The notes under the pieces are model-generated. The model searched no databases. It was not told where the DNA came from and saw only the letters and a program-made list of their open reading frames with translations. From Macrostomum lignano (lineage: Eukaryota): a stretch of 42,792 nucleotides of DNA. A program made the translations under genes and the position numbers. This document shows, one piece after another, positions 12,814 through 24,200 of the stretch (the stretch's first letter is position 1; each line of letters begins with the position of its first letter). The DNA is taken from assembly GCA_002269645.1 (NCBI GenBank), contig NIVC01004539.1, forward strand, positions 1 to 42,792. The letters are read 5' to 3'.

Positions 12814-15238
12814 TCACTCTCCGTGACTCTCAGCAGTGCAGTCGGTCAGCAGAGCCTTGGACTCTTCATTCATCGTCCGATTGAAATCCTCGCGCAGGTA
12901 AGACTCCAGATGGCTGGGGTTCGTGTCTACAGATTTTGTAGCGTGCTGTTCAATCCACGGGTGGCACTGGATGTCCTGGAGGCTGATGCGGTCCTTGGAG
13001 CGCTTGCGCAGAATGCGGCTGATCAGGTCTCTGATGGCAACAGTTTTTTATGGGAATCAATATATAAAAGACATAGGGGGCGTAAATAATTGGAATTTTC
13101 TAATGTCGAAAGTGCAAGCTTGGGAGTTAATTCAGAGTTGAGATGAGAAGTGAGATTTGTGAGATGAGAGTGGGATCTATGTGATAGGAAGTGAGATTTA
13201 TGAGATGGTGGGTGAGATTTATGAAATGGGAAGTGAGAGATTTATGAGATAGGAAGTGAGATTTATGACGGGAAGTGAGATTTATGACGGGAAGTGAGAT
13301 TTATGACGGGAAGTGAGATTTATGAGGTGGTGGGTGAGATTTTGAGATGGGAAGTAAGATTTACGAGATGGGAATTGAGATTTATGAGATGGAAAGTAGG
13401 ATGTATCCAACTTTATCCACGCTTTAAACAATATTTATCCAACTAAACTAATTCATGAGATTAGAAGTGGGGTTTATGAGATGGGGAGTGGGATTTATGA
13501 GATGGGGAGTGGGATTTTTGAGATGGGGAGTGGGATTTATGAGATTGGGAGTGGCATTTGAGGCGGCAAGTGGGTTCATGAGATTTGACATTAGAAGAAT
13601 AATTATTAAAAAAAACCGGTAAGCAACAGAAAACGACAAAACTGTCCCCTCCTAACCGCCTCACCTGGCCAGAGGAGAGATGTGCTCGGGGAAGGTGAAG
13701 TCCACCATAGCGATTCGTTTTTGGGTCCCGTGCTCATCTTCGTCCTCGAACGGAGGCGAGCCGTGCAGCATCTCGTAGCAGAGGACGCCCATCGTCCAGA
13801 CGTCGACGCCTTCATCGTGGGTGACCCCTGTGACCATCTCTGGCGGCAGGTAGTCCAGGGTGCCGCACAGGGTTCGCCTCCGCTGCGATGGCGCGTGCAC
13901 CGACCAGCCGAAGTCGGCGAGCTTCAGCTCGTAATAGAATCCCAGCAGCAGGTTCTCCGGCTTGATGTCTGCGATGGGGCAGCGGGGGTTCGACTCTGTT
14001 CTAACTGCACTGGATTCTCACCCATGAGAATAGATCTGGCTACATGGGATTCTCACTCATGAGAATAGATCTGGCTACACGAGATTCTCACCCATGAGAA
14101 TAGATCTGGCTACACGAGATTCTCACACATGAGAATAGATTTGACTACATGAGATTCTCACCCATGAGAATAGATCTGGCTACACGAGATTCTCACCCAT
14201 GAGAATAGATCTGGCTACACGAGATTCTCACCCATGAGAATAGATCTGGCTACACGAGATTCTCACCCATGAGAATAGATCTGGCTACACGAGATTCTCA
14301 CCCATGAGAATAGATTTGACTACATGAGATTCTCACCCATGAGAATAGATCTGGCTACACGAGATTCTCACCCATGAGAATAGATCTGGCTACACGAGAT
14401 TCTCACCCATGAGAATAGATCTGGGTACACGAGATTCTCACCCATGAGAATAGATTTGACTACATGAGATTCTCACCCATGAGAATAGATCTGGCTACAC
14501 GAGATTCTCACCCATGAGAATAGATCTGGCTACATGGGATTCTCACCCATAATAATATATTTGGATACATGGGATTCTCACTCATGAGAATAGGTCTGGC
14601 TACATGGGATTCTCACCCTTGAGAATAGATCTGGCTACATGGGATTCTCACTCATGAGAATAGATTTGGCTACATGGGATTCTCACCCTTGAGAATAGAT
14701 CTGGCTACATGGGATTCTCACCCATGAGAAAAGATCTGGCTACATGAGATTCTCACTCACCCCTGTGAATGACCTGCTTGCTATGACAGAAGGCCAGGGC
14801 ATCAGCTAGCTGGTACATGTAGGTGGCGGACCTCCGCTCGCTGAAGCGGCCCATCCTGGTGAGCAGGGAGTACATCTGGCCTCGAAAGGCGTACTCAAGC
14901 ACCAAGTAGATGCGCTTCTGATCGTAAAACATTGTATAGAGCTGCAGAATATGCGGATGCCTCAGATGACTCATAATCTCAATCTCGCGATGAAGCTGGT
15001 GCTCCATCCGACCTTTGACCAGCTGACTTTTAAACAGAATCTTCAGAGCAACCAGGAAATCGTGCTTCTTCTCCTTGGCTAAATACACATTGCCGAACTT
15101 GCCCTTGCCGAGCGGGCAGCCGATGTCGAAGTCGGAGATTTTCGACATTCGAGTTTGGACGCCGGAGACTTGTGGCGACAGAGGCTGCTGATTGTTCAGC
15201 TGGTTCTCCACCGATGACAGCGCTGACGAAGACGACAT
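12814..15238 (-). CDS. AURKB: Aurora kinase, Aurora B-like (332 aa)
   Basis: Exons 15238-14761, 13968-13665, 13030-12814. [20 protein letters not shown]|[35 protein letters not shown]. Short N-terminus. LYTMFYD has Thr where Aurora A has a small residue (G198 in human). Confidence 0.93.
13137..13590. repeat. ~19-21-bp minisatellite (gtgagatttatgagatgggaa), two blocks, in Aurora intron 2
   Basis: Blocks at about 13137-13400 and 13453-13590, same orientation. Confidence 0.9.
14012..14756. repeat. 35-bp palindromic minisatellite (~21 units) filling Aurora intron 1
   Basis: Unit gagattctcacccatgagaatagatctggctacac, with internal inverted repeat attctca-ccca-tgagaat. It runs up to the splice donor at 14760. 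Confidence 0.97.
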
Positions 15239-15246
15239 TTCCAAAG

Positions 15247-15262
15247 TCTTGAAAGAAAAATT
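15247..15262 (-). promoter_or_regulatory. 3' splice acceptor 9 nt upstream of the Aurora ATG (5'-UTR intron or trans-splice site)
   Basis: Minus strand reads ...ttaatttttctttcaag|ACTTTGGAAATG. Confidence 0.55.
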
Positions 15263-15410
15263 AAAGAAGTGTTGCATCTTAACTGCAGAAAAACTGGGTC
15301 TTCAAGAACTGCCTATTTTCAGTAAAATTAGTCTGCAGTAGGAAAGGGGGAAGACAGATTGAAAACGGACCCCAAATATTTCGGTTAAGTTGCGCATTTG
15401 ATGAATAGTT

Positions 15411-16342
15411 GGGGAAGAGAAGAGGGCAAGAGAAGAGGGCAAGAGAAGAGGGCAAGAGAAGAGGGCAAGAGAAGAGGGGAAGAAAAGAGGGGAAGAGAAG
15501 AAAGAGGGGAAGAGAAGAGGGGAAGAGAAGAGGGCAAGAGAAGAGGGGAAGAGAAGAGGGCAAGAGAAGAGGGCAAGAGAAGAGGGCAAGAGAAGAGGGC
15601 AAGAGAAGAGGGGAAGAGAAGAGGGGAAGAAAAGAGGGGAAGAGAAGAAAGAGGGGAAGAGAAGAGGGGAAGAGAAGAGGGCAAGAGAAGAGGGGAAGAG
15701 AAGAGGGCAAGAGAAGAGGGCAAGAGAAGAGGGCAAGAGAAGAGGACAAGAGAAGAGGGGAAGAAAAGAGGGGAAGAAAAGAGGGGAAGAGAAGAAAGAG
15801 GGGAAGAGTAGAGGGGAAGAGAAGAGGGGAAGAGAAGAGGGCAAGAGAAGAGGGGAAGAAAAGAGGGGAAGAGAAGAAGGGAAGAAAAGAAAGAGGGGGA
15901 TAGAAGAGGGGAAGAGAAGAGGGGAAGAGAAGAAAGAGGGGGATAGAAGAGGGGAAGAGAAGAGGGGAAGAGAAGAAAGAGGGGGATAGAAGAGGGGAAG
16001 AGAAGAGGGGAAGAGAAGAAAGAGGGGGATAGAAGAGGGGAAGAGAAGAGGGGACGAAAAGAGGGGAAGAGAAGAAAGAGGGGAAGAGAAGAAAGGGGGG
16101 GATAGAAGAGGGGAAGAGAAGAGGGGACGAAAAGAGGGGAAGAGAAGAAAGAGGGGAAGAGAAGAAAGAGGGGGATAGAAGAGGGGAAGAGAAGAAAGAG
16201 GGGAAGAGAAGAAAGAGGGGGATAGAAGAGGGGAAGAGAAGAGGGGAAGAGAAGAGGGGAAGAGAAGAGGGCAAGAGAAGAGGGAAGAGAAGAGGGGAAG
16301 AGAAGAGGGGAAGAGAGGGGGAAGAGAAGAGTGGAAGAGAGG
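15411..16342. repeat. ~930-bp polypurine/polypyrimidine minisatellite (13-bp aagagaagaggg[c/g] base unit)
   Basis: Nearly pure A/G on the + strand. It generates the spurious SSLPLF/REEGKRRG ORFs. Confidence 0.97.
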
Positions 16343-16928
16343 TTAATTGGGAGACAGTGGTAAATAGCGAAACGGCAAAAACAGCCCAAGAAGCAGACAC
16401 TAATTGGCATCGGCCTCACAAATCTTTCCTGACAACTAAACGAAGCAAACCGATAGAAATGAAGACAACGCGGAATTGCAGTTTGCTTTTTAACTGAGCA
16501 GAAAAGCATGCAAAAATGAGTTCAACTTTATTATCAGTATTGGTAGAAATATATTACTCAAAATGATATACGTTTCTTATTGGCATACAGAACCATATAA
16601 AATAATTTGCGAAAAAAACAACCGCTCGTGCTTATGAAAATATTGTGAATTAGCTATCGGGTTAGACTACATACTACTAATTAGCTAAATTAAAAGTAGT
16701 AAGCTAAAGGTTAGATAATGCATAACATGCGATGCTTGTAGAAAAAATGAAATAGAAAAATTTGTTTTATGGAGAAAATAATAAATAATTGATTTCTATC
16801 ACCGATGCAGGGAAGCGAATGACAATGGTGTGATAAACATGGCATTATGATTGACCGGACAATTGTTCATAATTAATACACGAAATAATGGGAAGAACTA
16901 TTTTTGTTCATATTGGATATATCAAATT

Positions 16929-17743
16929 GGATTAGATTATTGGGAACAGGGGAGATTAGATTATTAGGAACAGGCGAGATTAGATTATTGGGAACAGGCG
17001 AGATTAGATTATTGGGAACAGGGCAGATTAGACACGGGAACAGGGGAGATTAGACACGGGAACAGGGGAGATTAGATACGGGAACAGGGGAGATTAGATA
17101 CGGGAACAGGGGAGATTAGATACGGGAACAGGGGATATTAGATACGGGAACAGGGGAGATTAGATACGGGAACAGGGGAGATTAGACACGGGAACAGGGG
17201 AGATTAGATACGGGAACAGGGGAGATTAGATACGGGAACAGGGGAGATTAGATACGGGAACAGGGGAGATTAGATACGGGAACAGGGGAGATTAGATACG
17301 GGAACAGGGGAGATTAGATACGGGAACAGGGGAGATTAGATACGGGAATAGAGGAGATTAGATACGGGAACAGGTGAGATTAGATACGGGAACAGGGGAG
17401 ATTAGATACGGGAACAGGGGATATTAGATACGGGAACAGGGGAGATTAGATACGGGAACAGGGGAGATTAGATACGGGAACAGGGGAGATTAGATACGGG
17501 AACAGGGGAGATTAGATACGGGAACAGGGGAGATTAGACACGGGAACAGTGGAGATTAGATACGGGAACAGGGGAGATTAGATACGGGAACAGGGGAGAT
17601 TAGATACGGGAACAGGGGAGATTAGATACGGGAACAGGGGAGATTAGACACGGGAACAGGGGAGATTAGATACGGGAACAGGGTGAGATTAGATACGGGA
17701 ACAGGGGATATTAGATACGGGAACAGGGGAGATTAGATACGGG
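16929..17743. repeat. 22-bp minisatellite (gggaacaggggagattagatac), array 1
   Basis: Period of 22 read directly (17101 to 17123). The left-hand units are diverged (attattggg). Confidence 0.97.
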
Positions 17744-18103
17744 TGTAGAAAAATAACTGAAGAAATAACACTGGCCAGTGAATACGTTGACAATAACAAC
17801 TTGAAAACCAACGTTAGGATGAAAAGGCTCCTCCAGCAGTATATTTATTTGCGTGGTTGAGAGAGGGGGGTAGAGAATAGATAAGAAGAAAATGGGTAAG
17901 AAGGGCGAGGGCTAAAATGCTCTAACGAGACCGAGGGGGGGGGGGCTGACTGAAAACTCACCGATCGATAATCGGAAAACAAGATAAGAATGTACAGTAC
18001 GTAGAGCGCGGTAGATAGAAGATGGACTAGGCACACAGGGAATGGAAGAAAATGAAAAGGGAGCAAGTGAATTCTATTAGCGCAAGCTGAAATTTCGCGA
18101 CAA

Positions 18104-18348
18104 CGGGAACAGGGGATATTAGATACGGGAACAGGGGAGATTAGATACGGGAACAGGGGAGATTAGATACGGGAACAGGGGAGATTAGATACGGGAACAG
18201 GGGAGATTAGATACGGGAACAGGGGAGATTAGATACGGGAACAGGGGAGATTAGATACGGGAACAGGGGAGATTAGATACGGGAACAGGGGAGATTAGAT
18301 ACGGGAACAGGGGAGATTAGATACGGAAACAGGGGTGATTAGATATGG
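18104..18348. repeat. 22-bp minisatellite, array 2 (same unit)
   Basis: Same unit and orientation as array 1, after a ~360-bp unique spacer. Confidence 0.95.
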
Positions 18349-18596
18349 AAAGTTTGGAATGGGAGAAAAGCTGATTTATATGAGGAAATGTTTTAACACT
18401 TACATTGATTAAGATTAAGCAACCCTGAATTCGACAGTCGAAGCAGTAGTATAGGCAGAAAACGATCGTATTGTAAAAAATGTAAACAAAGATTTCCTCA
18501 CACAAAAAACCGAAGCCAGTCAAAAAATTGAATTCAATCCATCAAACAACTTGACGATATTGAACCGCGCAGCAAAACTACGAGCTAGAAGCCAGC

Positions 18597-20990
18597 CTAC
18601 TCAAACTTGATGCCCTGAGCCAGCGGCAGGTCCTTGCCATAGTTGATAGTGCAGGTGCTCCGTCGCATGTACTGCTTCCACGCGTCGCTGCCAGACTCCC
18701 GGCCTCCGCCAGTGTGCTTCTCGCCGCCGAAAGCGCCGCCAATCTCGGCGCCAGACGTCGGTATGTTGACGTTGACGAGGCCGCAGTCGGAGCCGCGAGG
18801 CCCGATCCAGCGGAACAGGTTGCTGAGGTCCCGGGTGAATAAACTGGATGACAGGCCCTGCTTCACCTGAGGGAGTTTGGCGGCTGAGGCTGGAGATCTG
18901 CTACTGGTAATCTCACTCAACTAATCTCACTCAACCAATCTCACTCTCTACCAATCTCACTCTCTACCAATCTCACTCAACCAATCTCACTCTCTACCAA
19001 TCTCACTCAACCAATCTCACTCTCTACCAATCCCACTCTACCAGTCTCACTCAACTAGTCTCACTCAACCAATTTCACTCAACCAATCTCATTCTCTACC
19101 AATCTCACTCTCTACCAATCTCACTCAACCAATCTCACTCTACAAATCTCACTCAACCAATCTCACTCAACCAATCTCACTCAACCAATTTCACTCAACC
19201 AATCTCACTCAACCAATCTCATTTTCTACCAATCTCACTCAACCAATCTCACTCTACCAACCTCACTCAACCAATCTCATTCTCTACCAATCTCACTCTC
19301 TACCAATCTCACTCAACCAATCTCACTCTCTACCAATCTCACTCAACCAATCTCACTCTCTACCAATCTCACTCTCTACCAATCCAACTCTTTACCAATC
19401 TCACTCTACCAATCTCACACTCTACCAATCTCACTCAACCAATCTCACTCAACCAATCTCACTCAACCAATCTCACTCTCTACCAATCTCACTCAACCAA
19501 TCTCACTCAACCAATCTCACTCTCTACCAATCTCACTCAACCAATCTCACACTCTACCAATCTCACTCAACCAATCTCACTCTCTACCAATCTCACACTC
19601 TACCAATCTCACTCAACCAATCTCACACTCTACCAATCTCACTCAACCAATCTCACTCTCTACCAATCTCACTCAACCAATCTCACTCAACCAATCTCAT
19701 TCTCTACCAATCTCACTCTCTACCAATCTCACTCTCTACCAATCTCACTCAACCAATCTCACTCTCTACCAATCTCACTCTCTACCAATCCAACTCTTTA
19801 CCAATCTCACTCTACCAATCTCACACTCTACCAATCTCACTCTACCAATCTCACACTCTACCAATCTCACTCAACCAATCTCACTCAACCAATCTCACTC
19901 AACCAATCTCACTCTCTGCGGGGGCCCAGCGGTAGCGCAGCTGCTCTGGTGTGCCGCGACCCAGGCTCGATTCCAAGTGCAGCCACATTAATTTGGGGCT
20001 GGATTGGAATCTTGGCTTGGCTCGCTTGTGCAATTAACGGCCTTGAGAGCCAACCCCCCCAAGGCGCAGTGAAGTGTACATGCCTAACAATTGATAAAGT
20101 TAGGGCCGCTGTACATTCCTGTGTGAGTGTGTGCCTGCGTAACGTATCCGCGCGCTTGTATGCCTGCTCAGGGGAGTCGGCGGAATGGGCAGTAATGCCT
20201 CTCGCCGGTTGTGTGCCTATGACGCTTAAATTGCGCCAGGGTGCACACAACCCCCCTGCCTCTGCCTCTAATAAATCTCACTCTCTACCAATCTCACTCT
20301 CTACCAATCCAACTCTTTACCAATCTCACTCTACCAATCTCACTCTACCAATCTCACACTCTACCAATCTCACTCTACCAATCTCACACTCTACCAATCT
20401 CACTCTACCAATCTCACACTCTACTATAATCTCACTCTCTTCCAATCTCACTTTCTTTCAATCTCATTCTCTACCAATCTCATTCTCTACAATCTCATTC
20501 TCTTCCAATCTCACTCGACCAAATTAAACTTCCTGTTCTAATATTCTCACTTTCTAAGGTGCATTCACCTCACTGCATCCCAACTAATCTCTAACTATTT
20601 CCACTTGAGATTTGAGTCTATCAAATTCTACTAGTGTAATCAATAGTCCATAGTAAATAAGCGCAGATGGTAAACAAAAAATTTACCGAATTATTAATCC
20701 GAATAGCCTCGTCAAGCGAGTCGCACTTGAGCGCGTACACAATCGGAGCGAAAGTCTCCTCTTGCACCAGCGGCGAGTCCGGCTTCAGCCCGGTGATCAG
20801 GGTCGGCTCGACGAAGTAGCCGCCGCTGCTGGACAGGCGAGCGATTCGCTTGCCGCCGAACACGATCTGGCCGCCCTCCGCCTGGGCCCGGGCCACTGCC
20901 GACTCGTATCTGGTGTGCGGTGGTAGATATGGGCTGATGGACAGACTGACAGACAGACAGACAGACACTAAGACAGACAGACAGACACTA

Positions 20991-21023
<33 letters not shown>

Positions 21024-21026
21024 CTA

Positions 21027-21103
<77 letters not shown>

Positions 21104-21106
21104 CTA

Positions 21107-21154
<48 letters not shown>

Positions 21155-21155
21155 A

Positions 21156-21230
<75 letters not shown>

Positions 21231-24200
21231 CCCTGACAGACAGACAGACACAGACAGAACTCACTTTTCCACGGAGGCAGGCGAGTGTAGCGGGCCGTAC
21301 AGCACGCCCTGTTCAACAGGATCGCCAGCCTTGGCCATGAGCGACTCCAGCGCCTTGCCCAGCCGGGACACGACCTGATCGTGCACGGAGCTGTGCAGCA
21401 CCAGCCGCCTGGTTGAGGTGCAGCGCTGACCGGCGGTACCGGCGCAGGCGAAGACGGCTGACTGCACAACCATGTCCAGATCCGCATCGGCGTTCACCAG
21501 GATGGCATTGTTGCCGCCCAGCTCGAGCAGACTGCGGCCGAATCTGCCAGCCACAGTCACCGCAACCTGAGGGGCGCATTATTAGCAATCTGGCCATATT
21601 TAATGAGAAAAAATTGGCACAGCTGAACCAGTTTAGCTACAGTTTGGCACCCTTGACCTCCTCTGAAGTTTGGCACCCTTGACCTCCCCTTACGTTTGAC
21701 ACCGTTGACTCCCTCGAGTTTGGCATTTTTGACCCCCCCCCCTAAGTTTGGCACTCTTGACCTTCCGAGTTTGGCACCCTGACTCCCCCCTAGTTTGGCA
21801 CCCTTGACCTCCCCACCCAAATTTGGCACCCTTGACCTCCCCCCCCCCAGTTTGGCACCCTTAACCCCGCGCAGCCTGACCTCGCGCCCCACGGCGCAGC
21901 TGCCGGTGAAGGACACCAGTGGCAGTCGCTCGTCAGCCGCCATCGCGGCTCCAACGTCGGCCCCGGCGCAGATGGCCGACAGGACGCCGGGCGGGACGCC
22001 ATTCCGTTCGAACACTTCGGCTACAACTCTGGTGACAGCCAGGGTAGTCAGCGGCGTGCTGGGGGCGCCCTTCCACACTGTGCAATTGCCGCACACGGCT
22101 GACAGGCTGAAGTTCCAGCCAAACACGGCACAGGGAAAGTTGAAAGCGGTGATGACTCCGATGACGCCCAGTGGATTCCACACTTCCATTAGAGAGTGAT
22201 TGGGCCGCTCGGATGGTAGCACCTGGTAAAATTCAATGCATTTACTGTGCTCTTTTAGTGGGTAAAAGGCGGGAGTAAACTTGACTTTGGCACCGCCTCG
22301 TCATCTAATTAGTACACTGATTACTAGTCGTTAAAGGCGGGAGTAAATGCTTTAACGCCTCGTCACCTAATTAGTTCTGCACAAAAAACTCAAAATTTAA
22401 TCACAGCATACTACTGATAAATGATAAGAGTAGTTTGTTGCGTAAACTGTTTAGACTACCAACGAGTACTTTAATTCGTTTTCAGATGGCTTATCAACCT
22501 TCTTTCGGGCATGAAAACCCCAGGGCCTGCAGTGTACGCTCGGTATTTCAACCGCCCTGGACACAACCGCTCGAACTGTGGGGTAAGAGAAATTTTCTAC
22601 CGGAAAGAAAAGCGAGTTTCTTTCCAACGCTTGCTGCTATACACAAACTCGGGTAATAGACCACACCCACTGTACAGCAGTCTGCTTCTAAGATATTCAC
22701 CCATTTGACCCACACAGATTTGCTAGGTAACCACATTGAAAGGTTCTTTCACTTTGTGGTATGTTTTGAAATTCAACGAAACCAACGAAATGCAAGAACG
22801 ATGTGATGCATTAAAGTTTTAACTGATTCATATTACTCCTACTCTATCTGAGACATTACTGTAGAATAATATTTAATTACAGTTCCTATCTGATCATTCA
22901 TTTAGCACTCTACTGAACCCGAAACATCCCCAGGTGGTCAGTTGGTTTTTAGAACCCTGCCAGGTCCTCAGAATCCCACTAGGTCTTCAGGTCAGGACCC
23001 CACTAGGTCCTCAGGACCCCACTAGGTCCTCAGGTCAGGACCCCAATAGGTCCTCAGGTCAGGACCCCACTACGTCCTCAGGTCAGGACCCCAATAGGTC
23101 CTCAGGTAAGGACCCCACTACGTCCTCAGGTCAGGACCCCACTACGTCCTCAGGACAGGACCCCACTAGGTCCTCAGGTCAGGACTTCACTAGGTCCTCA
23201 GGTCAGGACCCCACTAGGTCCCCAGGACCCCACTACGTCCTCAGGTCAGGACCCCACTAGGTCCCCAGGACCCCACTACGTCCTCAGGTCAGGACCCCAC
23301 TAGGTCCCCAGGACCCCACTACGTCCTCAGGTCAGGACCCCACTAGGTCCCCAGGACCCCACTACGTCCTCAGGTCAGGACCCCAATAGGTCCTCAGGTA
23401 AGGACCCCACTACGTCCTCAGGTCAGGACCCCACTACGTCCTCAGGACAGGACCCCACTAGGTCCTCAGGTCAGGACTTCACTAGGTCCTCAGGTCAGGA
23501 CCCCAATAGGTCCTCAGGTCAGGACCCCAATAGGTTCCCAGGACCCCACTACGTCCTCAAGTCAGGACTTCACTAGGTCCTCAGGTCAGGACCCAAATAG
23601 GTTCTCAGGACCCCACTACGTCCTCAGGTCAGGACCCCACTACGTCCTCAGGTCAGGACTTCACTAGGTCCTCAGGTCAGGACCCCAATAGGTTCTCAGG
23701 ACCCCACTACGTCCTCAGGTCAGGACCCCACTACGTCCTCAGGTCAGGACTCCACTACGTCCTCAGGTCAGGACCCCACTACGTCCTCAGGTCAGGACTC
23801 CACTACGTCCTCAGGTCAGGACCCACTACGTCCTCCGGACAGGACCCTACTAGGTCCTCAGGACCCCACTAGGTCCTCAGATCCCCACTAGGTCCTCAAA
23901 ACGCCAACGCCAACAGGTCCTCAGAACCGCCAGGTCCTTCAGATGGTCCTCACCTGGCCGCTCAACGTCCTGGACAATCCAACACCGTAATCGCAAATGT
24001 CAACAACTTCCTGCACTTCGCCCACCCCTTCGGGCAGAATTTTTCCCATTTCAAGCGACACCAGCTTGCCAAGTAGTTGCAGATTTTTGCGCAGATTGTC
24101 GCCAATCTGGCGAACAATCTCTCCCCTAGCCGGTGGCGTGGTCTCCGCCCAGGCTGGCCAAGCGGCACGAGCCGCCTCAATCAGTTTGTTATAATCTTCC

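Noticed and set aside
13682-14062. Antisense ORFs overlapping Aurora, ALDH7A1, G-alpha-s and the glycine-rich exon
   Set aside because: Expected shadows of GC-rich coding sequence, with no independent evidence.
14012-14756. CRISPR-like appearance of the 35-bp palindromic repeat
   Set aside because: Units are head-to-tail with no unique spacers, lie inside a eukaryotic intron, and no cas genes are present.
15279-16509. Long SSLPLF / REEGKRRG ORFs
   Set aside because: Artefacts of the polypurine satellite.
22934-23260. SSGQDPT-repeat ORF resembling a mucin or antigen
   Set aside because: It is the intronic 24-bp satellite, antisense to ALDH7A1.
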